Shown: positions 37,301-44,812 of the stretch, in pieces | How the letters are laid out: each line of letters opens with the position of its first letter | Position numbering within the stretch: the stretch's first letter is position 1 | DNA from: Candidatus Gottesmanbacteria bacterium RIFCSPHIGHO2_01_FULL_46_14 | GTDB lineage: Bacteria; Patescibacteriota; Microgenomatia; UBA10105; UBA927 | Direction of reading: 5' to 3' | DNA length: 45,297 bases | Assembly: GCA_001780895.1 (NCBI GenBank) | Contig: MFJJ01000014.1 | Span: 1 to 45,297 of the forward strand | Notes under the pieces: model-generated | Databases searched by the model: none | The model's input: only the letters and a program-made list of their open reading frames with translations | What the model was told of the DNA's origin: nothing | Program-made: the position numbers and the translations under genes

Positions 37301-38979
37301 TTGCTGGTTGCTTCCTCGAGGGTAATTGAGTCCATGACGGCAGTTTTGTATCCCGCGCTAAAGAGCCGTGAGCCCAAATCACAATCCTCCGTCACGTTAA
37401 ATGCATCCCATCCATGGAGATGACGGAGAATTTCGGTTCGGAAATGGTTGCTCGTCCCGCCAAGCGGGATACTGGTTTGGATAGACTGAAGTCCGGTAAG
37501 GACGACGTCAAACCAGAGTGAATATTCTGCAGTAAATAGCCTCGTGAGCAAGTTGTTGTGTGGATTGTAAAAATTGAGCTTTGCCTGAAGACAGACCGTC
37601 TTGGCAGGCACTCTACCGAATGCCAGAATTGCTTTTTTGAGTTGTTTGGGATCAGGTATATCTTCTGCATCGTAGACAACAACATAATCCCCTTTTGCAT
37701 ATGCCAACCCGTAATTACAAGCCTTTGGCTTGGTTTTGGGCGCTCCCTCAGGGACCACCAGAATCCGTACATAGTCAGGCAATGTCAGGTTAGAAACTTC
37801 ATCGATGGTCTCCTTGTCATCCTCCTCTAAAAGTAACATCACGTCGAGACGATTTTTAGGATAGTCAAGACTTTCGATCGCTTTTAAAAATTGAGGAACA
37901 ACATGGGCTTCGCGGTACAACGGACACAATATCGAGTACAATGGAAGAGACCTCTCATCGATATGTGATAATTCTGCCTCCGTTATACTGATATCCGGTG
38001 ACCGGTGGAGACTTCTGAGAACCAAAAAGAGAGTAAATAGCACGTCAACAAAATAGATTGTTGAAAGTATGCCAACGATGCCAATAGCTGTTGGTAGCGG
38101 GTGCAAAATAAGCCCTGCAACAACGAGAGTAATGGTCATCGCTATTGCGACTTGCTGCCAAAACAGAAATGTCTTGATTGCAGAAATTTGGTGCGGGAGT
38201 GTGGAATGGGTGATAAAGCGAGTGCGTTTGTGCGCAATGCCTGCGCCAATCATCGACCCCTCACTCTTGGGCGGAAGCGTGTAGATAGGTTTGACATTGA
38301 GCCAGGTGATGAGTGCACCACTTGCTATTTCCCAGGCAGTTTTGGTGAGATTGATCTTGGAAGCACCTTCTTGCCGCAACTCAAAGCTGATGTCAACTGA
38401 TCCGATACTATACCCTACCTCTCGGGCAGTGGACAGAAGCGGCAAATCAAACGCCCAGGGTCTAATAGAGTTCTCGTCAATGTGACCCAAGATGTCTTTG
38501 CGGAAGAGCTTTAATCCTGACTGGATATCTGTTGAAATACCAAACAATAGTTTTCCAAAAACAAACGCATTCGTGCGCGAAAGCACCCGCCTTAGACAGG
38601 ATCCCTTGTATTGTCTCCGGTTGGCAACGACTATGCCATGCTTTTGGGCTTTCTCGACCATAGCTGGAATTGCTTCCGGGGGATATTGCAAGTCTGCATC
38701 GATCATGACGATCCATTCACTTTTGGCTAATTTGGCCCCTTCGATAATGCTGTATGCTTTTCCTGCTTTACCACGCTTCGTATGAATCAGGATCGGGTAG
38801 TCCTTCGACAATCTCTCCATAACGGCGACTGACCCGTCGGTCGAATGATCATCAACAAAAATAATTTCATAGGAAATTTTTGCAGAAGCAAGGGATGCAT
38901 TGATCCGCTCGACCAGAGGAGTTAGTGTCAACTCTTCATTTCTGCCAGGAATGACGATCGATAAATTTTCTGGTTTCAT
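34309..38979 (-). CDS. 1556-aa fusion: DPM-like GT2 + processive GT2 synthase + Wzx-like flippase + GT4
   Basis: N-terminal VDDHSTDGS/IDADLQYPP; middle TKPKACN, YDAED, PLGGTSNHF, VTEDCDLG, QRSRW; about 12-TM region LGRKLS.EDFG; C-terminal GGAEVY, YLGRLKQYKN, EGWGLTVIEA. Confidence 0.85.
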   Translation of the reverse strand: MKPENLSIVIPGRNEELTLTPLVERINASLASAKISYEIIFVDDHSTDGSVAVMERLSKDYPILIHTKRGKAGKAYSIIEGAKLAKSEWIVMIDADLQYPPEAIPAMVEKAQKHGIVVANRRQYKGSCLRRVLSRTNAFVFGKLLFGISTDIQSGLKLFRKDILGHIDENSIRPWAFDLPLLSTAREVGYSIGSVDISFELRQEGASKINLTKTAWEIASGALITWLNVKPIYTLPPKSEGSMIGAGIAHKRTRFITHSTLPHQISAIKTFLFWQQVAIAMTITLVVAGLILHPLPTAIGIVGILSTIYFVDVLFTLFLVLRSLHRSPDISITEAELSHIDERSLPLYSILCPLYREAHVVPQFLKAIESLDYPKNRLDVMLLLEEDDKETIDEVSNLTLPDYVRILVVPEGAPKTKPKACNYGLAYAKGDYVVVYDAEDIPDPKQLKKAILAFGRVPAKTVCLQAKLNFYNPHNNLLTRLFTAEYSLWFDVVLTGLQSIQTSIPLGGTSNHFRTEILRHLHGWDAFNVTEDCDLGSRLFSAGYKTAVMDSITLEEATSKFGNWMRQRSRWIKGYLQTYLVHMRYPLRFVSRHGIHALYFQLTIGGKIAFMFINPFLWLATISYFTLYAFVGPTIESLYPTVIFYMAVTSLVFGNFLFIYYYMIGAARAGHWSVIKYVFLVPFYWLMVSVAATIAMVQLIVKPHYWEKTNHGFHLDKAKKKIFAVAPKSAKAARRWNFAPVLSPAVLLIAASVLGNLLNFVYNAYLGRKLSLEDFGVIGLIGSLLYAAQIAFSAVSMTVTHKSAYLMGRYDGPATEFWKTVRHKALVVSLFATGIWIGGIPVISTVLHLNSLAPIVLFTPVVMVGLLASVDGGYLSGSQQFTLVSVVLITEAISKLVFAILGVETGISLLVYAAIPLSIVCSFAVVRWLSVRFSSQDQKRVVDPKDGGFPRRFFASTILIRSSSAAFLGLDFLMVRLFVTPIEAGQYALLSLSGKMIFFFGSLFSQFIVPLVSRRVGEGGKGKRQFRILLGLTMIASGIGVLAFGVYGYITAPLLFGERANSIVHLLPEYAIAYAFFTVASTIVTYHQIRHNYVFSAMSFVASAGAIVGITLSHGSLDAIVHVLLVSSLAFVNAVAFTHVFLEPIRVFIRNIGDFLGLFSEFPKQRTAGAALRILVLNWRDTRHTWAGGAEVYVHELAKRWVASGNQVTIFCGNDGKHSRNQVIDGVRVVRRGGFYTVYLWAMLYYVFRFRGKFDVIIDSQNGIPFFAPLYARIPTITVIYHVHQQVFREHLKFPFSSIAAFIESRIAPLVYRGSRIVTVSESSKAEILAHLQYGKDARIDIVSPGVDLSLYNTKSKKTTFPSFLYLGRLKQYKNIDVAIRAFATVRKFHQTARMTIAGEGESIDALRALIKEFDLTTSVSFMGKVDEEEKVRLYSRHWAAIQPSSFEGWGLTVIEANACGTPVIASNVYGLRDSVVDEKTGLLVQPRNVLSFVGAMERMITSTGDRRAWSKNATEWAQNFSWEKSADRLHHVVMDELANAKQSVFAYTIARRTSV

Positions 38980-39155
38980 GGCTTGAACTTCTGATTTTTC
39001 AAAAACGAATAGAAATCATTTTTTGCTATCCGATAGTATCTCCCAAAACGCACCGCAGAGAGTCTCCCGGAACGGATATATTCGTAGATCGTTAATGTGT
39101 TTAGCCTGAGTATCTTGGCTATTTCACTAACAGTGAGAAAAGGTGCGTCAAACAT
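38976..39155 (-). CDS. 59-aa excisionase-like (HTH_17) DNA-binding protein, absent from the supplied ORF track
   Basis: Manual translation MFDAPFLTVSEIAKILRLNTLTIYEYIRSGRLSAVRFGRYYRIAKNDFYSFLKNQKFKP*; its stop overlaps the ATG of the 1556-aa gene (ATGA). Confidence 0.85.
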   Translation of the reverse strand: MFDAPFLTVSEIAKILRLNTLTIYEYIRSGRLSAVRFGRYYRIAKNDFYSFLKNQKFKP

Positions 39156-39192
39156 TTGGTAGATACGTCCGAACGAGGCAGGAGGCAGGTAT

Positions 39193-39212
39193 TAACTTAT
39201 ATTGTTAAGTTA
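39193..39212. promoter_or_regulatory. Inverted repeat TAACTTA-N6-TAAGTTA, putative operator
   Basis: 7-bp arms at 39193-39199 and 39206-39212, just downstream of the predicted transcription start. Confidence 0.5.
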
Positions 39213-39222
39213 TAGGTCAAAC

Positions 39223-39251
39223 ACAATACCATGGGGATGTTTATCTGTCAA
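39223..39251 (-). promoter_or_regulatory. sigma70-type promoter heading the glycan unit
   Basis: Minus strand TTGACA (39251-39246), 17 nt ending TGG, TATTGT (39228-39223). Confidence 0.7.
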
Positions 39252-39258
39252 TAAGTAT

Positions 39259-39588
39259 CTATTGAACAGGATAGTGGTGTTGGGTGACGTACGTTCCAAT
39301 CGGCTCGTCGTTAACCGGGACTTTGAGAAGCCATGAGAATGTATTTGCAATAGAGGCCCCTACCCGAAGTCCAGTATAGGATCCGGGTCCGGTAGCGACC
39401 CGAATGTCGGTAATATCGCCCATTTTGAGGCTATTTTTGGCTAAAAGTGATTCAATACCGGATAGTACCGCCGTCCCACTCCTTAACGGCGTCTCAACCG
39501 TAAGCTTCTCAATCCTACCCTCGACATCAAGGGTGATAACCGACTTCATCCGATCCGAGGTATCAATGGAGAGAATTACTGATTTCAT
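39259..39588 (-). CDS. tsaB: Short TsaB (t6A biosynthesis), N-terminal half only
   Basis: ILSIDTS, VATGPGSYTGLRVG...AN; 109 aa from ATG 39588. Confidence 0.8.
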   Translation of the reverse strand: MKSVILSIDTSDRMKSVITLDVEGRIEKLTVETPLRSGTAVLSGIESLLAKNSLKMGDITDIRVATGPGSYTGLRVGASIANTFSWLLKVPVNDEPIGTYVTQHHYPVQ

Positions 39589-40157
39589 AGGTCTACCGCG
39601 CCCTGACGGATGATGCGATAGGGGTGGACGGAACAATCAACGACAGTTGAGGGTTGTTTTAGCGTACAGTCCCCTGGTACAACAAAATCAACCAGTTGCA
39701 GCAACTCCGGATCGAGATCGCTAAAACGATATGGCGTTTTTCCCCCATGAAAATTTGCTGATGGCCCGAGGATCGGCACCCCGACCCCTTCTATTACATA
39801 GAGAGCGTCTGGATGGTTAGGCATGCGAAGGCCGATCGTGTCGCCGTTACCCCGGATAGGGGAGTAGACGAGTTCTTTATTACATGGCACCACAATCGTC
39901 AACGCGCCAGGCCAATATGTATCCATTAAACGTCGCACAATTTTAGACGGGGAAAGAAAGTGGGCGAGTGCCATTTCTTTGGAAGACACCAATACCGGCG
40001 TTGCTTGTGTACGAGGACGCCTGCGAATTTCAAATAATCGATCTACTGCTTGGCAGTCATCGATCCGGCACCCTATACCGAAGGCAGTATCGGTTGGGTA
40101 AATAACAATCCCACCATTACTGAGGACTTCAATTGCCTTTTTGATATCTGATTTCAT
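39585..40157 (-). CDS. tsaC: L-threonylcarbamoyladenylate synthase (TsaC/YrdC, no SUA5 domain)
   Basis: GGIVIYPTDTAFGIG, YWPGALT, GLRMP.HP, PSAN, PSTVVD, IIRQGA; start at 40157 or 40166. Confidence 0.88.
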   Translation of the reverse strand: MKSDIKKAIEVLSNGGIVIYPTDTAFGIGCRIDDCQAVDRLFEIRRRPRTQATPVLVSSKEMALAHFLSPSKIVRRLMDTYWPGALTIVVPCNKELVYSPIRGNGDTIGLRMPNHPDALYVIEGVGVPILGPSANFHGGKTPYRFSDLDPELLQLVDFVVPGDCTLKQPSTVVDCSVHPYRIIRQGAVDL

Positions 40158-40566
40158 GATTTCCATTTGGTAAAACCGAAAATGTGATATCAACTCTATC
40201 CTTGGGAAGCCAATTTCCCAGTTTTTCCGCCCACTCAATAACGACGATAGAATCCGGATCCGACAACATATCCGAGACACCTAACTCCGCGAGATCTTTC
40301 TCTTCTACCCGATAGAGATCCAGATGATAGAGAAATCCGGCAGAATCAGGAATATTGTAACGTCGCACAATGATAAATGTGGGAGAGAGCAGGCGAGAGG
40401 TAATTCCCAGACCTTTGGCAAATCCCTGCACAAACGTCGTTTTACCAGTGCCTAACTCACCATAAAAACAAAGAACGCGAGGGGATTTTAAATTATTTCC
40501 AATCTCCTCCCCCACTCCCGCAGTTTCTTGGGCGCTTTTGGTAATAATTTTATGAGAAAAATCCAT
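40129..40566 (-). CDS. tsaE: tRNA threonylcarbamoyladenosine biosynthesis ATPase
   Basis: GELGTGKTTF, SPTF, YHLDLYR, VIEWAE. Confidence 0.92.
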   Translation of the reverse strand: MDFSHKIITKSAQETAGVGEEIGNNLKSPRVLCFYGELGTGKTTFVQGFAKGLGITSRLLSPTFIIVRRYNIPDSAGFLYHLDLYRVEEKDLAELGVSDMLSDPDSIVVIEWAEKLGNWLPKDRVDITFSVLPNGNHEIRYQKGN

Positions 40567-40871
40567 GAAAGGGTGGCTCCAATGCCATCAATTATAACAT
40601 CGCGCACTCTTCCTTCCCTTGTAGATACAAATGTCTGGTGAAATTCGTCGGTCGATGCGTAGGCGATGGTCAAAAAAAATGCAATCCATTTGTTCTTTAT
40701 TGCCCGGCAATAGAGGATAAAAAGAACGCCATATTCTATAACATGAAGCGTTTTGAAGAATAGAAAATTTATAATAAATCGCTCATCCACGCTAACCGAC
40801 TCGCGGCTGGAAAAAGCGAAGATAATCGCCATCCATATGATTGCAGGGAACCACAAACGAATGTATTTCAT
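40488..40871 (-). CDS. VanZ-like membrane protein
   Basis: WMAIIFAFSS, KTLHVIEYG, YASTDEFHQTFV..REG...D...D..G; start placed at ATG 40871. Confidence 0.82.
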   Translation of the reverse strand: MKYIRLWFPAIIWMAIIFAFSSRESVSVDERFIINFLFFKTLHVIEYGVLFILYCRAIKNKWIAFFLTIAYASTDEFHQTFVSTREGRVRDVIIDGIGATLSWIFLIKLLPKAPKKLREWGRRLEII

Positions 40872-41650
40872 TGAAGCTTTCTTTTTTTCCAAACAAGCAC
40901 AATTGCTATGATAGCAAGCCCGATTGCTACAAGTAAGAGGGCAATGATAAGAGGCAGCACCGGTTTAATTCCCCCTGATGGTGTTGCTGCCGTCTCGGTA
41001 CCCAGTACGATTCCGGAAGGGCTTACCTCAATGGTTGGTGTTAATGAAATCTTCGGTGTTGGTGTTTTAGTAGGTGTTGATTTTTTTGTAGGTGAATGAA
41101 TGATAGTCGGGGTAAGAGTATTGGTTGCTTGTGGTGCCGGGGTCGGAGTTTTTGTAGGGGCCTGCGTAGCAGTTGGGCCGGAAATTGCCAGAGACACTTC
41201 GTTGGACCACGTTGCACTACCGCCGCCGGTATACCTGCCGACCTTAAATACATAATTGCCTGGACCAGAATATGCAGAGTCTGCCGGGTCCGGTTTCACT
41301 TTTAGTTTTCCGCTCCAACTACCCTCAAATAAATCATTCTCCCCTACTTTGAAATACTGCGTCTTATCATTTGACGTTCCGATCCACTGGCCTTGGTTGT
41401 TTTGCGTGAAACCAAAATAGTTTGTTCCGCTCGGATAAAATACTCCTCGCAAATATGAATCGCTACAACCGTCACACGAAAGAAATACATCCGCGTCTAC
41501 TTCCTGAGACTGATCGAGCGAGGATGGGACATTGCTCACAGAAATAGTGACGGCGTGGACGGGGCGTACGAACGCTACGAGCGAAATCAAGGCTAAGCCT
41601 TGAAATATTCTACTGAACGTGGAGGTAGAATGAGAGCGTACTATCGCCAT
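40868..41650 (-). CDS. Secreted protein with Pro/Thr-rich stalk and C-terminal membrane anchor
   Basis: Signal ...LALISLVAFVRPVHA; beta-rich domain; PTKTPTP repeats; GIVLG; TM followed by KKRK; start uncertain. Confidence 0.7.
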   Translation of the reverse strand: MAIVRSHSTSTFSRIFQGLALISLVAFVRPVHAVTISVSNVPSSLDQSQEVDADVFLSCDGCSDSYLRGVFYPSGTNYFGFTQNNQGQWIGTSNDKTQYFKVGENDLFEGSWSGKLKVKPDPADSAYSGPGNYVFKVGRYTGGGSATWSNEVSLAISGPTATQAPTKTPTPAPQATNTLTPTIIHSPTKKSTPTKTPTPKISLTPTIEVSPSGIVLGTETAATPSGGIKPVLPLIIALLLVAIGLAIIAIVLVWKKRKLQ

Positions 41651-42740
41651 GATCAATATACTTAATTTTGATAATACTACTTCCGCCGCAAGGTTGACTC
41701 GATGAGTACAGTGTACCGTCGGCGGGCGCCCTGATGACACTACTGGTATTTGACGTCATGTCAAAACCGGTATGGATGCCCCCCGAGTACGCATAGAGCC
41801 AGGGGTAGAGAGTTTTGCCGAATCGCTGCGTTATCCGGATTGGGCCCTCTAGCGGCCAATCCCAGGAACCACTGCCGAATGTTGCGTCAGAATTGGTCTG
41901 TTCGTCGTAGACGGATTTTGATGAAAGGTAACTGCCTGGATCTACCCATGAATTATTTTTACGCACTTCAAAGTGAAGATGGGCGCCCGTGGAACAGCCG
42001 GGATAGCCCGTATTGCCAACCAACGCAATCGGATCGCCTTTCTTAACCGGACCGACTCGCACTGCATCAACAAGCGCCCGTTCAATAGCCTGCTTTTCAG
42101 CCAGAGCTCCCGCAAGCAGTCGCTGATAGACCGACTCATCGTTTCTTGTTTGCTCAAGTAACGTTTGCTTTTCCCGTTTCTGGCGTTCCAGTTCACGGCT
42201 CTGGATCTCCAGTTCTTTTTGGAGCGATTCCTGTTCCAGTCTCTTGTCCTCGCGGAGATTTTTACGCTCACTAAAGTTATTTTGCGTGGCTTTTAACTGA
42301 AACAGAAGTTGCGCATCCTGTTTTTGGACGACCTCGACGTATTTTATGCGAGAGAGAAAATCGGAAAAATTCTGGCTTAAAAATACCGCACCAAACTGTG
42401 AAATTACTTTCCGCTTATAGGATTCCGGAATGCGGTGGAGGACGAGTTCGGATCTGCGATTTAACAGATCTTCCAACCGTTCTATTTCGTCAGCAAGCTG
42501 AACGATTTCAGTAGAAAGTTTGGCAATTGCAGATTGGATACTGGTGATCCGGAGGGTTGTTAATTGGATCTGAGAATTAATGAGCGAAATCTGCTTGGCA
42601 AGGCTGTTCTCTGTATTTTGAAGCTCACTAATCTTATTTTTAAGGTCTTCAATCGTTCTGTTGATGTCACTATCGGCGGCATAAACCCGGGACACAAATA
42701 ATGTGAAAAGGACTATTCCGATAACAAGTAATCGCTTCAT
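41610..42740 (-). CDS. EnvC/PcsB-like coiled-coil protein with circularly permuted M23 (LytM) peptidase domain
   Basis: Signal peptide, long coiled coil, then VGNTG..STGAHLHFEV before WPL..ITQRFG..HTGFD..APADG..FYLH; follows ftsEX. Confidence 0.8.
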   Translation of the reverse strand: MKRLLVIGIVLFTLFVSRVYAADSDINRTIEDLKNKISELQNTENSLAKQISLINSQIQLTTLRITSIQSAIAKLSTEIVQLADEIERLEDLLNRRSELVLHRIPESYKRKVISQFGAVFLSQNFSDFLSRIKYVEVVQKQDAQLLFQLKATQNNFSERKNLREDKRLEQESLQKELEIQSRELERQKREKQTLLEQTRNDESVYQRLLAGALAEKQAIERALVDAVRVGPVKKGDPIALVGNTGYPGCSTGAHLHFEVRKNNSWVDPGSYLSSKSVYDEQTNSDATFGSGSWDWPLEGPIRITQRFGKTLYPWLYAYSGGIHTGFDMTSNTSSVIRAPADGTLYSSSQPCGGSSIIKIKYIDHGDSTLSFYLHVQ

Positions 42741-42747
42741 GCATGGG

Positions 42748-43656
42748 TTAAAACTTGAGATACCTGCCTACCGATACGGCACTTCCGATAATGCCAAGAA
42801 GAAACCCCGTAATAACGAGTATACCAAAAAGCCCGGCACCTGCAGCCAAAAATGTCGTCGATGTGGGATTGGATAAAACGATTACAAATACCGGAATTGC
42901 TTCCAAAAATGACAGCAGGACCGGCCGGAACCAGACGATAAGTCCCATAAGTACCACCCAGGCTGACGTTGCTCCCCAAATACCATATAGTGCCCCTTCC
43001 CAGAGAAACGGCAGGCGAATATACCAACTCGAGGCACCCACAAGTTTTAATATTTCAATTTCGTCACGGCGAAGGGCAATTTTCATACCGATCACCGTCA
43101 TGACGATAAGCAGTGCATCGACAGCAAGTAACCCGGCCAGAACGCCGCCGACAATCTTAATTGCATTGGACCAGGAAATGAGCGCATCAACGACGTCTTT
43201 TTGATAGACGACTTCCTCGATAATGTCACTTTTTTCATCGTATGTTGCGATTGTTTGAGCCAAATCGTCCAGATATTCCGGACCCGTTGCGGAAACCTCG
43301 AGGGACGCCGGAAGAATATCGGATGTCACCATCTCAAGAAGAAGTGGGTCGCTTTGAAAAAGCGTCCGGTAGGTCACAAGCGCTTCTTCTTTGGTTACAT
43401 ATCGCACCGAAGCAGTTTTTCCCGTTGCCTGGAGCGTTGAGGTGAGGCTGGTTGCATCCTCTTTTGTGGCTTTGTCCCGAAAGAAAACGGTAATTTGGGG
43501 TTTGCCTTCAAAATACTGCAATATGACGGCACTCGTTACCGTCGTGAGAAAGAAAAAACCGGTAAGGAGAAACGTAAGAAACATCGCCAAAATTGCCGCC
43601 ATTGCCTGATAAGGCGACCGTCTCATGTGCTGCCAAGCAGTTTTTAGCATTCTCAT
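42748..43656 (-). CDS. ftsX: Cell division permease FtsX
   Basis: N-terminal TM, ITVFF, YVTKEEAL, LPASLEV, RRDEIEILKLVGAS.WYIR.PF..EG. Confidence 0.92.
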   Translation of the reverse strand: MRMLKTAWQHMRRSPYQAMAAILAMFLTFLLTGFFFLTTVTSAVILQYFEGKPQITVFFRDKATKEDATSLTSTLQATGKTASVRYVTKEEALVTYRTLFQSDPLLLEMVTSDILPASLEVSATGPEYLDDLAQTIATYDEKSDIIEEVVYQKDVVDALISWSNAIKIVGGVLAGLLAVDALLIVMTVIGMKIALRRDEIEILKLVGASSWYIRLPFLWEGALYGIWGATSAWVVLMGLIVWFRPVLLSFLEAIPVFVIVLSNPTSTTFLAAGAGLFGILVITGFLLGIIGSAVSVGRYLKF

Positions 43657-44348
43657 GTTTTTTTCTTCGATACGTGATAGCGGCCTTTAACCTCATCGCT
43701 ATGAATGGTTCCGTCGTCAAGCGTGAGGGTCCGTTTCTTGCGTTCGTTGACAATCCCGGCGTTGTGCGTAGCCATAATGACCGTTGTCCCAATACTGTTA
43801 ACTTCTTCCAGAATATCAAGAATTTCACCGGCGGTATCCGGATCAAGATTGCCCGTTGGTTCATCGGCCAAGAGTATTTTTGGTCCTCCGACAATAGCCC
43901 GGGCGATACTGACCCGCTGCTGTTCACCGGCGGATAATTGGAGCGGAAATTGACGATATTTGTCTTCGAGATTCACTAGCGACAGAATTTTCATCACGTC
44001 TTTGGCAATTTCTCCTTCAGCTTTGCCCAATACTTCCAAACCTACGGCCACATTTTCATACACGGTTCGATCGGCAAGTAGCTTAAAATCCTGATAGACC
44101 GTGCGTACACGCCGACGAAGATGGTGGATTTGATTAGCCGGAATGGAAGCGATTTTCCACTCGTCGACGAGGAGCGTCCCGCTCGTGGGTACAATATCAC
44201 GCATGATGAGCCTGAGCATGGTAGTTTTACCGGCACCAGAGGGGCCAATGAGGTACACAAATTCACCGTCCGCAATCTCTACGGTAATATCAGAAAGCGC
44301 TCCCCGGTGACCCGGGTAGTGTTTGGAAACATGGTCAAAACGAATCAT
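43653..44348 (-). CDS. ftsE: Cell division ATP-binding protein FtsE
   Basis: GPSGAGKT, VYQDFKLL, LSAGEQQRV, LADEPTGNLDP, MATHN; adjacent to ftsX. Confidence 0.95.
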   Translation of the reverse strand: MIRFDHVSKHYPGHRGALSDITVEIADGEFVYLIGPSGAGKTTMLRLIMRDIVPTSGTLLVDEWKIASIPANQIHHLRRRVRTVYQDFKLLADRTVYENVAVGLEVLGKAEGEIAKDVMKILSLVNLEDKYRQFPLQLSAGEQQRVSIARAIVGGPKILLADEPTGNLDPDTAGEILDILEEVNSIGTTVIMATHNAGIVNERKKRTLTLDDGTIHSDEVKGRYHVSKKKT

Positions 44349-44360
44349 TGCGGGTACTGT

Positions 44361-44804
44361 CTACGGAAGAACTTCAACTTTACCAACATCCATGAGCCAA
44401 GAAGCTTTTTCCGCTGCAAATGTTTCTCCCCATACTTTTACGTTCTTTCCGACGTATTCATCTAAATTGACCACCGAAGAAACGAGGTAGGCTGTCTGTG
44501 ATTCGCCGCCCTCCCGCACTAATTTATGTGTTCCCTCTCCGTCAATACCACCTTTTTCCAAGCGGCCCTGGGCAGAATCTTTGAATGTTTTTTCATCCGA
44601 AATACCTGCAACAGTTTCAGTTTTTATGACTCCTTTAGACTGCCCGACTGTTCCCGTCCCGACACCCGATCGGCTCAAAAGATATCCGGTCCCAACGCCT
44701 AAGAGCACAAGAATTCCAAATACTAAAACGAACACTTTTGAAGAATTTTTCGGCGTTGGTTCCTCGAGGGGCTCGAGGGGAGATTGAGATTCAACTTGGT
44801 CCAT
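44361..44804 (-). CDS. Hypothetical single-pass membrane protein
   Basis: One TM (VFVLVFGILVLLGVGTGYLL) plus a small beta-rich domain (EGTHKL..GG.SQT.YL.SS..L..YVG..VKVWG). Confidence 0.7.
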   Translation of the reverse strand: MDQVESQSPLEPLEEPTPKNSSKVFVLVFGILVLLGVGTGYLLSRSGVGTGTVGQSKGVIKTETVAGISDEKTFKDSAQGRLEKGGIDGEGTHKLVREGGESQTAYLVSSVVNLDEYVGKNVKVWGETFAAEKASWLMDVGKVEVLP

Positions 44805-44812
44805 ATATACGC

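Noticed and set aside
39001..39023. AAAAACGAATAGAAATCATTTTT as a degenerate palindrome copy or att site at the other end of the glycan unit
   Set aside because: Only the right arm matches, it needs a gap, and it lies within the HTH coding sequence.
19922..39251. Glycan unit as a prophage or integrative element because of the excisionase-like gene
   Set aside because: No integrase, transposase, tRNA target or flanking direct repeats found; not called a mobile element.
40868..41000. C-terminus of the Pro/Thr-rich protein as a second sortase substrate
   Set aside because: It has a TM and basic tail but no LPXTG/LAXTG-like pentapeptide.
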